A DNA stretch of 64,000 nt from Octopus sinensis (GCF_006345805.1 NC_043007.1:47306001-47370000); one strand, 5' to 3'. Positions 13,510-27,146 are shown, numbered from the stretch's first letter. Made by a program: numbers and translations. Notes: generated by a model not told the origin, from the letters alone.

Positions 13510-14479
13510 ACGTGTGTTATGTTTATCGTTACTGATGCTAACAAAAACAGGTGTCTTGTGAACAAGAGTAAATTAGGGATTCCAAAAAATAGAAATCGAT
13601 AAAATAGTCATCAGACTGAAATAATTACTTGGATCGGTATCATTGACTCAACAACCACTGGTAGGTAATTTTGCAGCGTGGCAGCTTTCCAGCGACAAAC
13701 ACTGGCTGAACATACACTAGCAAAAACATGTGTTTGGTTTAAATATTTAATTATTAAAGTTGCAGTCAGCCAGTTTGCTAAGCCGTTGGACTGGTAGTCG
13801 AATAAGGCATAAGTCGTGGCTTTACTCTATATTTTACGTCAGGCAAGTAAGACATATTACTGTCATTGTAAACTTTACGTGCATAATAATCTGTAGGGAT
13901 GCATGTTTGCTGAGAAGAGTAACGCATTTTAAAACTTACAAATTCATAAATATGTAACTTATATTTAACTCTTACTTTTGTCTTACAATTTGAACCTCTT
14001 GTAACATGACGTAGCCGTTTGTGGGCGTTTGTTCTACGCTTAAAATACACCTTCCTAGTGAGGAAAACACAATAGTAAATCATTAATACAGTACTTAAAA
14101 ACAGTTTACGTTTGTGAAGAACTGCAGAACTACAAAACAAATTAGCATTTGAATAAAGACTTAAATAAATTCAGTTCTACTGTGTTCACCTCCGCACACA
14201 GCTAGCCACACTGATGCAATTGACCTACCACAACGACTATTTCGATGAGCACACACATACACATACAAACAACACATTTCATACAGCACCCTAAATATCT
14301 ATGTAGTTAGATTTATAACCTATATTCAAATAAGTACCAGAATAATACATGTTCGCATATTTATCTGTATATATATTACAAACTTCATATACACTAGTAG
14401 AAATCTATTGAGATAACTTTAGAGTTTATACGGTTAAGGTTAAATTATAACTCTCTTTCCTCTCCCTCGCAGAGACACC

Positions 14480-14650
14480 GTCACTCACACACACACATAT
14501 GTATACATATATATATATACAAACATATATATACATGTATGCATATATACACATACATATATGAATATATGCACATACATATATACATATATATACATAT
14601 ATGCATATATATACATATATACATATATGCATATATATACATATATATAC

Positions 14651-14687
<37 letters not shown>

Positions 14688-14720
14688 CACAAATATATAT
14701 ATATATATATATATATATTC
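14480..14720. repeat. Complex (CATA/TA)n low-complexity tract
   Basis: Direct reading. Confidence 0.9.
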
Positions 14721-14724
14721 ACAC

Positions 14725-14804
14725 AAATTTGTCGATATGATATCTATCTGTCTATCTATCTATATATAGATAGATAGACAGATAGATATCATATCGACAA
14801 ATTT
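14725..14804. repeat. Perfect 80-bp spacerless palindrome
   Basis: aaatttgtcgatatgatatctatctgtctatctatctata|tatagatagatagacagatagatatcatatcgacaaattt. Confidence 0.9.
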
Positions 14805-15680
14805 TATTTGGTAGATGCGACAAAAACATTATGAGTGTTTATTAACCCTAGCAAAGGTAGGATCAATTCCTATTTTTATTTTACATAGAAATTTACAAAC
14901 AACAAAGTAGTTGGCGCGAGTAAAATACGTCAGGTTAAAGATTCATTAAAATAAATATACATATTCTATACATTTAGTTTCCCATGTATTATAAACGCCT
15001 TCTACATAAATGGAACTATCAAATATTTTGTTTTATGTTTTATTCATCTATCTTACTCTTACTATCTTTGCTAAAACAGTAACAACCACATCATGTAGTT
15101 ATATTTCAAAAATGTTTTTTCAAAATTTAACTACAGTTTTATCTTGGCTATATGAAACATTTAAAATATTACATCAGTTTCACAACCTCACAGATGAAGA
15201 TATATATATATATATATATATATATAGGATAATAAATTCTGTATGAAGCTACATTAAACTTGCACACGAAAGTATGAAATGGAAAATATAAAATGGATTT
15301 GGCGTAAATCAGCAATTCAGATGGGAGAAAAATACTTCTCGTGACTTGAAATTCAGGAAATTGAGGCTGTGATCGTTTAAATTGAATTGATTCGATCGAT
15401 GGAATTATGATTTTTAGAGAGATAATCGTTGAATCCGATTCGTGAAATAATAATCTTTTACGTAATATGTTATACTGGATATCACATTAAACATTATTAA
15501 GGAAGTAAATGTCATAAGAAGAGTTAAAAAGCAACAAAAATATTCAGCATGTTCTGTGCTGTTAATTCTTAAAACTGTCCAAAAGAGCAATTCATTATAA
15601 TTTTAAATGATTTGTCTATGCAACGTATACAGCCTGAAAATGTTTTAATCTAACAAATTTCTTTCAATGGTTTCGTCTAG

Positions 15681-15742
15681 AGGAAGAAGTGTATTGCCTT
15701 AACATACGACCGACATTTTCAACGTTTCTGTTGTCATGCAGA
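15681..15742 (+). CDS. Candidate 62-nt exon of an unidentified host gene (may be UTR)
   Basis: tttcgtctag acceptor and consensus gtaagt donor; frame 1 is open (RKKCIALTYDRHFQRFCCHA). No homology recognised. Confidence 0.22.
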
Positions 15743-17469
15743 GTAAGTAATAAACAAATTCATGTTCAGCTGAGACTCTGATGGTGATTCAGTTCCTAAT
15801 CTGCCTAATCTGCTTTTTTAAATTGTAACTTTAATATAAAGGAACAATATAAAGGTGTCAAAATATTCCTTCTAACCATGTTCGATTAATGAAAATGAAA
15901 ACACTAATTTCTTTTAAGTTAGAAGAAACGTTTGCAGGAACGAACACTTGACTAAATGCGTTGTACTGTTTTGTTGCCTCCCTTCATATTCTAAATCCAT
16001 AAAGAATGTACGTTTCGTCTTTTTGTGGTGTATATATTGTCTGCAGGCCCTTTCTTTGCAGCATTGATATTAAGTTTAGTGAAAATTAATCAAGTCGCAT
16101 ATCTAAGTTCTTACTAAGTCAAAAGCATAGCATGGTGGCAGTTATTATTTAAAAACATTCATTTCTGTTTAAGCTGTTATTCCATAAAGAATGTGCATGG
16201 ATGCATCAACTGTCGATTCTTTCTCTATAAATTATACAGACTTTGTGTCTAGTCGAATGACACTAATATTTAAATTCACGATTTCAATAGGAGACGTGTA
16301 TGGAATTTTGATTATGTTGTGGAGATAATTAAAAAAATGTTGTAACTTCTAATAAGAATTACAAATAACTGAGATATATGCTAGCGGGCAAAATAAGTAA
16401 AGGAGAAAGAAAACAATTCAATATTCTAAAATTGGTTGCAGGTAAGAAGAAAATAACAGAAACGCGTTTCTCACGAAAAGATAAGGAAGAATGAAGAACG
16501 TCTATAATAAATAAGTTGTCTAACAAAAAAAGAAAGTATTTATCTTTCAGAAAAACGACAAAAAGCAAACAAATAGAAGACAAAACAAAATAACCAAAAA
16601 CATGAAGCAAAAAGGACAAAACTTATATGTATTGCATCTACCTGTGGGCTGTTTACAAAAGCTAATATCAAAAGTTTGCGCTTATTATTCTCTAAGGAAA
16701 AAATCATGGTGAATACATTGCCTCGATCATGAAAAGTATAAAAACGTTCCGGATTTAGAAAGCAAGAAACACAAACGGCAATAAATATTGATACATTTGA
16801 ACTTTGGTATTGTTAGGTGTATGGGTGAGGATAACAAAGATATATTATAATAAAGTCACAAATATTTTTTCCTCATTGTCCGCCCTGCATACAACTGTAA
16901 TCAATGGTTTTACCATGTTAAAGAATTCAATATTAAGAATGATTGAGAGTAAATGTACATTTGTAATAGAAAAAAAATAGAGAGATTAAATTTGTTTCTC
17001 TAAATTTAGAACATTTCAATAGCTGAAGAAAGATTCTAGAACAATACTACATGCCAATTGTTCAATAATATTGATTTTCCAAGAACACTTCAAATTAATC
17101 TAGTACAAAATGGTAGCATACGATATTGTTGATATGGACTTCGTATAGGTTAAAAAGGAAGAAAACATTTCTGCGTTTTGTGTTATAAAGGAACTGGTCT
17201 CTAAGAAAAAAAAAAGACAGTAAAAGACAAAATGAATATATTTTTGAAAGAGAATAAAAATTTAAATGCGCAACACTCTTGAATAAAGTACTTTGCTATT
17301 TCTAGTCGGTGGGACAAGACCATGCTGGGGCAGCATCATTAGAAAGAGTGAGATAATCCTGAATGTGTACTCTAAATATACATTACTTTAAATACATAAA
17401 CATTCTCACTAATGATATTACCGATTGCAACAAAAAGAAAGCTTTATATGTCTAGAAAAGAAAAACTCT

Positions 17470-17800
17470 CCCTGATTGCATTGCTGGCCTTGCCAAATCA
17501 ATATTTACTACAACATTCGGTCCACCTTCTTGCTCTGTGAGTTCTTCCTAGCTCTCAAAATCTTTAATACTTTCACAAACTCCCGCATAAATGTTGCTTA
17601 CATGTATTATTCTATCCAGGGTTACTATTATGTCTAATATACATCTTTCATTTGATTTATTCACTACTCTTGTATTAGTGGCTTCTTCAAAGTCAACAAA
17701 TTAGAATTGAGCAAATCTGGATTTATACTCGATATTCTGTGGAATAACCACGCAAGAACTCTGAAGCAACGTAAGCCTCTTCAAGAATATCCTTCCATGT
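17470..17800 (-). pseudogene. Highly decayed L1/Tx1-type ORF2 fragment
   Basis: Reverse complement gives QEGGPNVVVNIDLA, resembling the EGGL motif C-terminal to the L1/Tx1 RT; otherwise degenerate. Confidence 0.3.
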
Positions 17801-17886
17801 GCGCACGTCTCAATTGAAAGGACAGTTCAGAATTTTACGACCTCATATTTGCTGCGGAGTTATAAGAATCAGCATTAAACATCTTA

Positions 17887-18310
17887 GGCGCAGGAATGGT
17901 TGTGTAGTAAGAAGTTTGCTTCCCAACCAAATAGTTGTGGGTTCAGTCCCATTGCGTGGTACCTTGAGCAAGAGTCTTTTTGCTATAGCCTCGGACCGAG
18001 CAAAGCCTTGTGAGTGGATTTTGTAGACTAAAGCTAAAAGAAGTCCTTCGTGTGTGTGTTCGTGTGTATGTGTGTGTTTCTGTGGGGGATACATGTGTAT
18101 TTTTATCTGCCTTAGTCCCCTTCCACTTCTTGACAACAGGTATTGGTGTGTTTATGTCCCCATAACTTAGCAGATCAGCAAAGATAGCCGATAAAGTAAG
18201 TCACAGACTTTTAAAGAAAGTAAGTACTAAGATCGATTTATTCGACTAAAATTCCTCAAGGTTTGCCGCAGCATGGCTGCAGTCTAAATGACAAATAAAT
18301 GAAAAGATAA
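17887..18310 (+). mobile_element. tRNA-derived SINE (family 2)
   Basis: ggcgcaggaatggttgtgtagtaag A-box region, gggttcagtccc B-box-like, ctatagcctcggaccgagcaaagccttgtgagtggattt core; relatives at 25956 and 41303. Confidence 0.8.
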
Positions 18311-18399
18311 AAAAAAATTAATAATTAGCTTCAAACAGAAGGAAATGATATTCATATATGATAGCAAATAATAAATTGTGCTTCTGTTGGTAGTCGAAA

Positions 18400-18783
18400 T
18401 CTCTCTATATATAAACGGCAGTTTGTCTGTGTGTGTGTCTGTGTGTCTGTTAGGTTGTACCCTCACCCTGACCACGGCTTTCAACCGATTCTGATGAAAC
18501 TTGATACACACATAGCCCAATGTCATAATTCAAAACTAACGCAGCGAAAATTTTGAAAAGTTCCCCCAGTTCTGAAAAAGATCGATAAATTCGACATGGG
18601 GTCGAGAATCAGAAACACAAACCACAGACTGTCTAGGGGACGCAACTCGACCTTTTAACTCTCAAAAAAAATTTACCATCATTTTTTCTTCCATTTTTTT
18701 GCTACTTTTTGGCTATAACTCTCTAAAAATGCTTTATAGTTATTTCCCTTACAAACCCGAGCAACGCCGGGTGATACTGCTAG
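18400..18783 (+). mobile_element. Non-autonomous Helitron (384 bp)
   Basis: 5' TC, 3' CTAG, subterminal hairpin cccgagcaacgccggg (18756-18771), inserted between A18399 and T18784; second partial copy at 49023-49122. Confidence 0.85.
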
Positions 18784-19061
18784 TGTGGAATAAATGCGTA
18801 TTCAAACTTGCTATGTTGAATTAGGAATTTCCTTGGTAATATGGCACGTGGTCTAGTGATTATGGTGTTTCACTCACGTTTATAATGTAGTGGTTTCGAT
18901 TCCCTAACAGGGTGGTGCTCTGTGTTCTTGACCGAAAAATTTCATCTACATGTCACTCAGTTCACTCAATTGCAAATGACTTCCAGTAATTGCTGGGAAG
19001 TTAACCCAGCGCCGTACCGGCGTCCCATTGGAGGATGAATGGTGTAATCATAGATACTAAC

Positions 19062-19270
19062 TAGAGGACGCTGAAAAGATCCTGGCTTGAAGGGTATCGC
19101 GAAAGGCCTCGGTGAAAGGTCAATGTTCCGGGTTATTTTACGGAGTTTAGAAAAACTGAAGGACTGCTGCAATAAGTGTGTGAACCTGAGAGGGAAATAT
19201 GTTAAATAAAATCATAATTAACTGATCCTCCTGTATTTTGTTTTACCCAAAGCCAGCACCCTCTCGCATA
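19062..19270. mobile_element. Mariner-derived MITE
   Basis: gctgaaaagatcctggct..gtatcgcgaaa..aataagtgtgtgaacctgagaggg..cccaaagccagcaccctctcg; related copies at 20508-20680 and 37928-38132. Confidence 0.7.
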
Positions 19271-19865
19271 CGCCATGAAACCGACTTCTAACTACGGTTT
19301 AAGATCCTACTTGTCCCTGATTTTTTGAACCGACAACTTTGATCTGATTCACATCTAGGTTCTATTTATTAAGGTAATAAATTTAATGTCTATCCTCTTT
19401 TTTCCCCTGATGATATTTTTTCAAGCAATATTCCAACTTTTATAGATTAGAGTATGTCGCAGTTACGTTAGTATTAGAGTAAAACGTATATTGAGGTACA
19501 ATAAGGATAACATGAGCTAGCTCCCTTAGATATTTACACGCATGCACAGATATCTCACTATAGCTAGTTGTTACATTCAAAGCAAACGGAATCTTGTGAC
19601 TAATACAGATGCACAATAAATAAATAAATATAATGGAGGTAAGTTGTAATGTTTCAAAAGTGTGCTGCTGGGCATTATGTGATAAAGGTTGGACGTATGT
19701 ATTTGTTGGTCTTTATTTTCGATTTTTATTTTACATGAATGTATATATGTCACTATGTATATCTGTATGTTTGTGGGTGTAATAGCTACATGAGAGGTGG
19801 TGTATACGTACGCATGTGTAAGTACATGATTAAATATTGAAAAAGTTAATTGTGCGTGTATGTGC

Positions 19866-19910
<45 letters not shown>

Positions 19911-20291
19911 GTGTGTGTGTGTGTGTGTGAGTTGTAATATGGTAGGGTTATTAGGAGTGGCTAATGGAATAACTGAATCAACCAAAGAAAAGAAAGAGAT
20001 AAGTTGCTTATTCAACTGTGTAATTCAAAATCACAAATCATTGTATTCAAATATATTCCTTTGCTAACTTCAGCTGTTAATGACAGTTTACTGCAGAATT
20101 TAGCATTAAAGTACAAATGCAAAAGTTCATTTGGGATGGAGTGGCGTGAGCAAAGAAAGAGGGGATGGTATAAATAAATGAGAGTGAGAGATGGAAGGAA
20201 ACGTTGTATAGGAAGAAAAGCCGTGAGCAATTCTGACGGACGTGAATGCATGAGTGGGTGTACGTGTCTATGAGGACGCGAGAGGGAGATT

Positions 20292-20414
20292 ATTTTCTAC
20301 TCTAGGCACAAGGCCCGAAATTTTGGGGAAGGGGGCCAGTTGATTAGATCGACCCCAGTACGTAACTGATACTTAATTTATCGACCCCGAAATGATGAAA
20401 GGCAAAGTCGACCT
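20292..20414 (-). mobile_element. SINE family 1, 3' half
   Basis: tttctactctaggcacaaggcccgaaattttgggg..gatcgaccccagtacgtaactgatacttaatttatcgaccccgaaatgatgaaaggcaaagtcgacctc. Confidence 0.8.
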
Positions 20415-20507
20415 CATACGAGGGTGGGAGATTGATATATGTATGTATAAAATTTGTGTAAATATGAAACTGATTTGATGTTGCACAGTCTGTCTGTGTG
20501 TCTGAGT

Positions 20508-20680
20508 GTACGAGGAGGTGCTGAAAATTTCCTGGCTTTAAGAGTATCGCGAAAAGCCTGGTTGGAGGCCCAAACGTTTGAGTTCTTTTACAGGTGCTTA
20601 CGAAAACTGAAGGATCGCTGTGATAAGTGTGAAGATTTGATAGGAGAATATGCTGGATAAATCATAATTAAGTGACCCTC
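20508..20680. mobile_element. Mariner-derived MITE, partial
   Basis: tacgaggaggtgctgaaaatttcctggctttaagagtatcgcg; same family as 19062. Confidence 0.7.
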
Positions 20681-21021
20681 ATATGTCTATGTGTATATAT
20701 ATATTGTGCGTGTGCGTGCGTGTATGTGTTCATTTGAACGTGGGGGTATAGATGGGCTTGTTGAAGTATTAGGCAGGGTGTGGTTTGAAAGGAGGCAAGA
20801 TAAGTATTTTTGGTCGAGTACTGAATGAAGAAACAAAAGCATCATCCTTATACCCACTTTTATTTTATTTTAACTCCTGCTGTCAGCACTCTATGTGTGT
20901 GCATAGATATATATATATATCCATATCTCTCTCTATCTATCTGTCTGTCTGTTTGTCTATCTGTCTGTCGGTCTAACGGTCTGTCTGTCTATCTATCTAT
21001 CTAGCTAGCTAGCTAGATAGC

Positions 21022-21053
<32 letters not shown>

Positions 21054-21071
21054 ATTATATATATATATAAT

Positions 21072-21104
<33 letters not shown>

Positions 21105-21114
21105 TATATATATT

Positions 21115-21160
<46 letters not shown>

Positions 21161-21844
21161 TGTATGTATGTATGTATGCATGTATGTATAGACAAAACAC
21201 TGCAGGAAGAAATACGTGGAATGGAGAGTCGCTGAAAACGTCACAGGATGTGTGATGAAAGATTGCCAAACAATGGACATAACATAAGAACGAATATATA
21301 GTGCATGTGTTTATTTGGCAAGAAAAAAATGATAGCCCCGAAATATATATACACATACATATATATGCATACATGCATACATGTTTGTATTGTATATTTG
21401 AAATACATACATAGATGTATATGCAAGTAAGTGCGTGTGTATAAATATGTAGGTATAGTTCATGAAATCTGAAGCAAGATTATAATGAACGGAAGTTGTC
21501 AAAATGGTTCTTTGTCGTTGTTTACAGGAAGCCACACCTCCGAAGAGTTGAAAACAAATTCCATAGAAATTATTCGTGCGTCAATGTTTATTTGCTTCAA
21601 TGTTATATTATTCAACGTAACATTAGAATAGATTTTAGCAGCCCTTTGTGAAAAGGCCAGGCGTAAACACATTGTTTTTATAAGCCACACATGGCTATGA
21701 TGCTCCCTCACTACTCCTTCACATATCGCCAACAACCAAGAGACATGCTGAACTGGTTAAAGTCAAGCAAGTGACAAATAGATCTGTGGAATTGAGCAGA
21801 ATATTTGCTGTAGCCCATATTTTACACCAAGACAGCGTCTTATG

Positions 21845-22560
21845 TATCTCTCTGAAACATCTTACCAGAAATTGGAGATCTTGATGTTCCCGGGTGCCTT
21901 CCAGCTGCTTAGTGTTTGCAGTGCCTGGGTGACCATCCGTTGTTATAGGAGTCTAGATTTGTTCATGTGTTGTGTTTTAATACATCTTTCATGGATTGTT
22001 CTTTCACCGACCATTCCTCTTTCCAAAATTATTTTAGTTCTATTGCTGTTGAGGCTGCATTCACCTCCACTTTATTTTTAGCATGTGCTCGATAGAATCG
22101 TTTTGGATTGGTGTTGAACTGCTTGTTTTATTCAAAGGATCGTTGACTTTTCTCATACCGACGGATACTTTGTGCTCTGGCGAAGATATCTTGCTTGAGC
22201 TGCTCTTTTATCTCAGGTATATCTTCATTAGTTATTCTATATTTTTGTAGTATTTCTTTCTTTCTTGTGGTTTACTAGTGTTGTTTGCTTGCTAATTTCA
22301 TTAACGATTGACAGATCCTTTCTTTTATTTTCTATTCTCTTCTGGATATTAGTTTTCCATAGTGTTTTATTTAGGTTGTGATAAATTCTATTTAGATGGA
22401 TTTGAGGAAGTACTCAATTTCTGTTCTGACCATATAGGCTGCCGCATGTATTCTTTCATTTACTATGGTAATATTGACATTTGTGTCTGTGCCGATTAGT
22501 TTCTGCGACAGCCAAATCAATGCCGCAATGCATCCATTCAGACCAAATCTATAAGTGTTG
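21845..22560 (-). mobile_element. R4/Dong-type LINE fragment (region upstream of the RT)
   Basis: Reverse complement encodes VTQALQTLSSWKAPGNIKISNFW and KQQL..RIRRY-like segments; abuts the (ATT)n array at 22600. Confidence 0.6.
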
Positions 22561-22599
22561 ATCTTGGCTTTTCCTTCGATTTATCTGCGGTATTGCCCA

Positions 22600-22631
22600 T
22601 ATTATTATTATTATTATTATTATCATTATTA

Positions 22632-22685
<54 letters not shown>

Positions 22686-22700
22686 TATTATTATTATTAT
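22600..22700. repeat. (ATT)n array between two R4/Dong fragments
   Basis: Direct reading. Confidence 0.95.
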
Positions 22701-25700
22701 TGCCTTTGCACAACTTCTAACGCTAGAGATGTACTACGGTGTCAGCTGTTCATTACCAGTGAACTAAGGTAACACATCTTATTTTTCGAGCATCTTCAGG
22801 AGTATTCGAGCGGTTCCAAACAGTCCTGTTTTCTGCAAAAGCTGCATCCTTATTGCAGCCCATAGTTGTTCCATGTACTTTTCGAGATTTTTACTCACTG
22901 TACCCAGGGCTCCGATAATTATTGCTACCACTAGTATCTTTTTCATCGACCACAACTGCTTTAGCACCTAAGCTAACCTGTCATACCTATCGACTTTTCT
23001 TTCTTTCTTATCGCATATCTTTTTGTCAGTTGGGCATGCTATATCTTTGATCCAGCATAGTTTGCTTTCTTTCTCAATGAAGACTATGTCTGGCTTCCTA
23101 TTCTCTATCTCATGGTCGCACTGAATCATAAAATCCCATAGGATCTTTGCATTCTCATTTTTGATGATGCCGTTGGGTTTGTGGTCGTATCAATTTTTTT
23201 CTCTGTCAAGACCATACTTGTCGCAAAGTGCCCAATGCACAAGCCTTGCTATATTGTCGTGGTGTCTCTTATATTCTTTCTGGGCTAGTGGCGCACATTG
23301 GATAGTAATATGCCATACAGTTTCACCGTTTTGTCCACAGATTCTGCACTTATCACTTTTTGATGTGTTGTCTACTCAGTATTTATGTTGTTTGTTCTTA
23401 GTGCTTGCTCTTGGGAAGCACAGGTTAGAACCTCCGTTTTCGGTTTTAAATCATTTTTAGCCAGCACAGCCATCTTTTTTCTCTGTCTGTCTTATCTTCA
23501 ACATTCCGATGAAATTGACAATGCATTCTTTTCTTTACCCACCTATTTTTAGTTTCATCGTTTTCAATTTCTTGTATAGTGCTTTATCTTTGCAATCTTT
23601 CATCCTACACAAGCCTGACCTTCTTACTTCTAATAATAGTGGTTCTGTGGCATTTTTCACATACCTTCTATGTTGTTTTCTTCTGTTGTAATACTTTGTT
23701 CACATCCAATAAGTCCTCTTCCCCCCTCTTTTTCTTGGTACGTGTCTGTGTCACGTTTTGGGTGGAGTGTCCCATATCTAATTAGCAACTTCCTTGTCTT
23801 TCTCTATAAGCTGTTTAGTTCGTCTAATCTCCATACGATTACCCCTGCTCCATATCTAAGGAGTGAAACCGTCCAGGTGTTGATAGCTTCAGTCTTATTC
23901 CGTCCGTTTAATTTCGACTTAAGGATCAGTCTGAGTCTGCACAAATACTCCACCTTAAACTTTTCTGTCATTTCTTTCTCCATCAATTTATCCATTTCCG
24001 AAAGTATTTAGAGACCGTCTCTTCTATCTGCTTCATTATCTCCCCCAATGGTATTGCTAGCCCGTCCGTACATTCAAGCCTAATACACCACACTTTCGCA
24101 TTCCGAACTTCATTCTGATATCAGTACTGAAAGTATACACTGTTTCAAGGAGGGAACTGACTTGGGCTTCGTATTTACCATAAAGTTTGAGGTCATCCAT
24201 AGATATCAAATGGCTGACTTTTTGCTGGCGATTTTCAATAAATTTCAAGCTTTTGCTTTCCTCAGAATCAGTGTTAGTGTTATCAAGCACAGTACAGAGA
24301 TCAGTGGGGACAGGCAGTCCCTTTGGAAGATGCCCCTCCTGATTTCTACTCTCCCTAAACTTCTGTATGCTGTTAGGTCCGTCCTCCAATTCGCCATACT
24401 TTTTCCAAGCAATCGCTCAACATTCGATACAATATCAAATAGGTTCATACATTACATTATCCAAGAGTGGGATCATATCGTACGCCTTACGATAGTCGGT
24501 ACATGTATGGCTAAGTTACTTTTCTTCCTCTCTTGTATTCTCTAAGTACAGTTTTGTCTATCAGGAGTTGATCCTTGGTACCTCTGCACTTACGCTTGCA
24601 CCCCTTCTGCTCATGTCGCAGGACTCCATTTTTTTCCCAGATGTTCGTACATTGACTCTGCGAGTATTCCAGTCAATAACTTCCACATAAGTGGCAAACA
24701 GGATATCGGTTTGTAATTGTCTACCGTATTGCCTTTCTCGATGTTTTTCAAGTACAGCACTGTCCTACCCAATGTCAACCACTCTGGTGTTGCTTGGTCG
24801 GCATTTAACAAGGTGTTGAGTTGTGCAGCTATTCGTGCATGACATTCACCAAATCTTTTGATCTGAACTCCATATAGTCCCGGGGCCTTCCAGTTGCTCA
24901 ATTTTTGCTGAGTTCCTTCACTTCCCTAACTGAAATGACTAGTTCTGCCTGTTTTGGACAGACTACTGTTTGTTTCACTTCTTTCAACAATTCAGCAACC
25001 TTCTTGTGCTCCTTATCTTTGCTCCAGATGTCACTCCAAAACATTTGACTTTCAATGTCATCTGGTATCAACTTTTCATCTGTACACTCTACATTTATTT
25101 CTTTATAGAATCTCTTCTAATCTACTCTGAATAACCTATCTATTCTGATGGTAACCCTCCATTCTTTGGTCATATCTTACCACCTTTATTTTCTTTGCGA
25201 CGAGGCTCTGTTTCAGTTCCTTCTTTACCACGTTCAGGCCCTTTCTTTCAACATTATACTTCCTTTTCAGCACTCTGTATTTTTGTTTGCTTTTACGTTC
25301 CCCTTTCTTTTTTCTGTCTTACAAAGAAATTTTCTTTGAGAGCATATCTCGCCCTGCTTGTATTCTTTTTTCCACCATGGGTCTCTCACATTAAAATTTC
25401 TTTTTCTTAACATCAGCACCCACATTTTCTGCTACAACAATACATGCTACCTTGATCAAATTATTTGTTTCTGTTTTGTTTGTTCTGATGTATTTCAGAA
25501 TATCATTGACATTTTTCATTTCTTGGTTCAATTTCCATCTATCAACCTTTTTAAGGTTACAAATAATGTCGCTATCGTTCTCCTGTAGTCTTACCTTTAT
25601 TCTGTCGTAGATTGCCTTTTGTTCATCTGTCATGTCGCCATTAGTTTGATTGTCTTCTTTTAGATCAATTATATGTCTCTCATCAAGTAAACTACCACTG

Positions 25701-25850
25701 CTCACTTCCTGTGCTATGAGATTAATTTTATTATTAAGAAGTGTATTTTCATTGTTATCTCTGCTGTTATTTTCCAAGACCCGCGTTTTGATAGCTTCGA
25801 GCTCTACTTCTGTGAACCAATGAGTTTTTCTTATTACTCTACCTTGATCA
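22701..25850 (-). mobile_element. Decayed R4/Dong-clade non-LTR retrotransposon (RT plus restriction-like endonuclease)
   Basis: Fragments [82 protein letters not shown]; 3' end runs into (AAT)n. R4/Dong elements are known to target TAA repeats. Confidence 0.88.
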
Positions 25851-25955
25851 CATAGTCTATGTTCTTGAAAGTTTTTTTTTTATATCCTCTACGGATTACT
25901 TGAAACTCACTAGCTTCCTACACCTTGATCCTTGTATTTCACATTTGCAGATATA

Positions 25956-25991
25956 GGCGTAGGAGTTGCTGTGTGGTAAGTAGCTTGCTTA
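25956..25991 (+). mobile_element. SINE family 2 head, truncated by the adjacent element
   Basis: ggcgtaggagttgctgtgtggtaagtagcttgctta, then an abrupt switch to unrelated sequence. Confidence 0.65.
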
Positions 25992-27086
25992 CATCAGTAC
26001 AGAAGAGTCCGCGTTTTTCAAGCTGATTGAAAGTCACGTCGTTCGACGTGAAATACTGAAAAATTGAAGTACGACTACAGTTGTAGCTCGCTCTAGCAAG
26101 CAAAAATATTGTGTTCTCGTCGCCATAACGGTGGACTGAGAAATTTTTGGAAAACTTCTTTGGAGTAAAATTATGTGTGGCTTTTTTTCGCCAAATAACT
26201 TGTACATTCTGGTGGGCGTATTTCGCAAGAAAAAGTGGAGTTTACCTAACTGGAGTTTTATCAAGAAGAACCCTGACTATTGGATTTTTCTATTGGAGTA
26301 TTATACAAAAGGATTCCCTGTCTATTCTATTTGTGAAGTTTTATTTTCATTTTTCCCTTTTTCCATTTTTTCTTTCTTTCTAAATTTCGGTTCATTCTTT
26401 GTCTCATTATTTTAATTTCAGTTTCTCTTCTTTCACTTTTATTTTGTTTTTCTTCTATTTTTAATCGGTTTTAATTTTTTGGTGGTGGACTGTTTTTATG
26501 AACTGCTTTTGAACTGGGTTTTTTTTCGGATATGGTAGAGAAGGAACTTAAAAAGAAGAACCCTGTCTTGGAGTGAGAAATTATCCCACCCAAGCAGTGG
26601 TTAAAAGATATGGAGAAGAGGACGGTAGTGGTTAGAAATTACGCTAATGTTCTTCATACCATCACCGTCTTCGCAAAACCAACTATAGAAAAAGAACTGA
26701 CAGACTATTTGTCCTCTGTGAAATACATAACACAGGATGTCAAGCATGCAACCGTATGGTTGCTGTTTGACACCTCGTATGAGGCTCGCAATTTCGCGAG
26801 CCAGCCCTTGGAGGGCAACGAAATTCTGTTCCTCCCGTCGTACTGCGTTACCCCCAGGCACTGTGGTGGGTTGGATTGAAGATACCATCCGACGGGGAAT
26901 GGGGGATGGTGGTCCCAGGCTCTTAAATGTAAGGGTATCGCCGGCGGTCGATTGGGAAGGGTCAAAAGCGATTTTGACACTGTGGACCCCATCGGCCGTA
27001 ACAGATCTGGTTTGTCGAGAATTTTTTTAAATGGCTGACTGCAGGTATCCGGTGATACTTGAGGGACGTCTCTCAAGTATATATGA

Positions 27087-27090
<4 letters not shown>
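25992..27090 (+). mobile_element. Probable 5' part (5' UTR plus frameshifted ORF1) of an L1/Tx1-like retrotransposon
   Basis: GC-richer coding-like segment MEKRTVVVRNY..ILFLPSYC (26610-26879) continues in another frame (PRLLNVRVSPAVDW..), preceded by a T-rich leader and cut off at (TA)n. Family assignment is inference. Confidence 0.45.

Positions 27091-27146
<56 letters not shown>

Noticed and set aside
21250-21285. gtgatgaaagattgccaaacaatggac
   Set aside because: Only loose HHR spacing; core and stems are broken.
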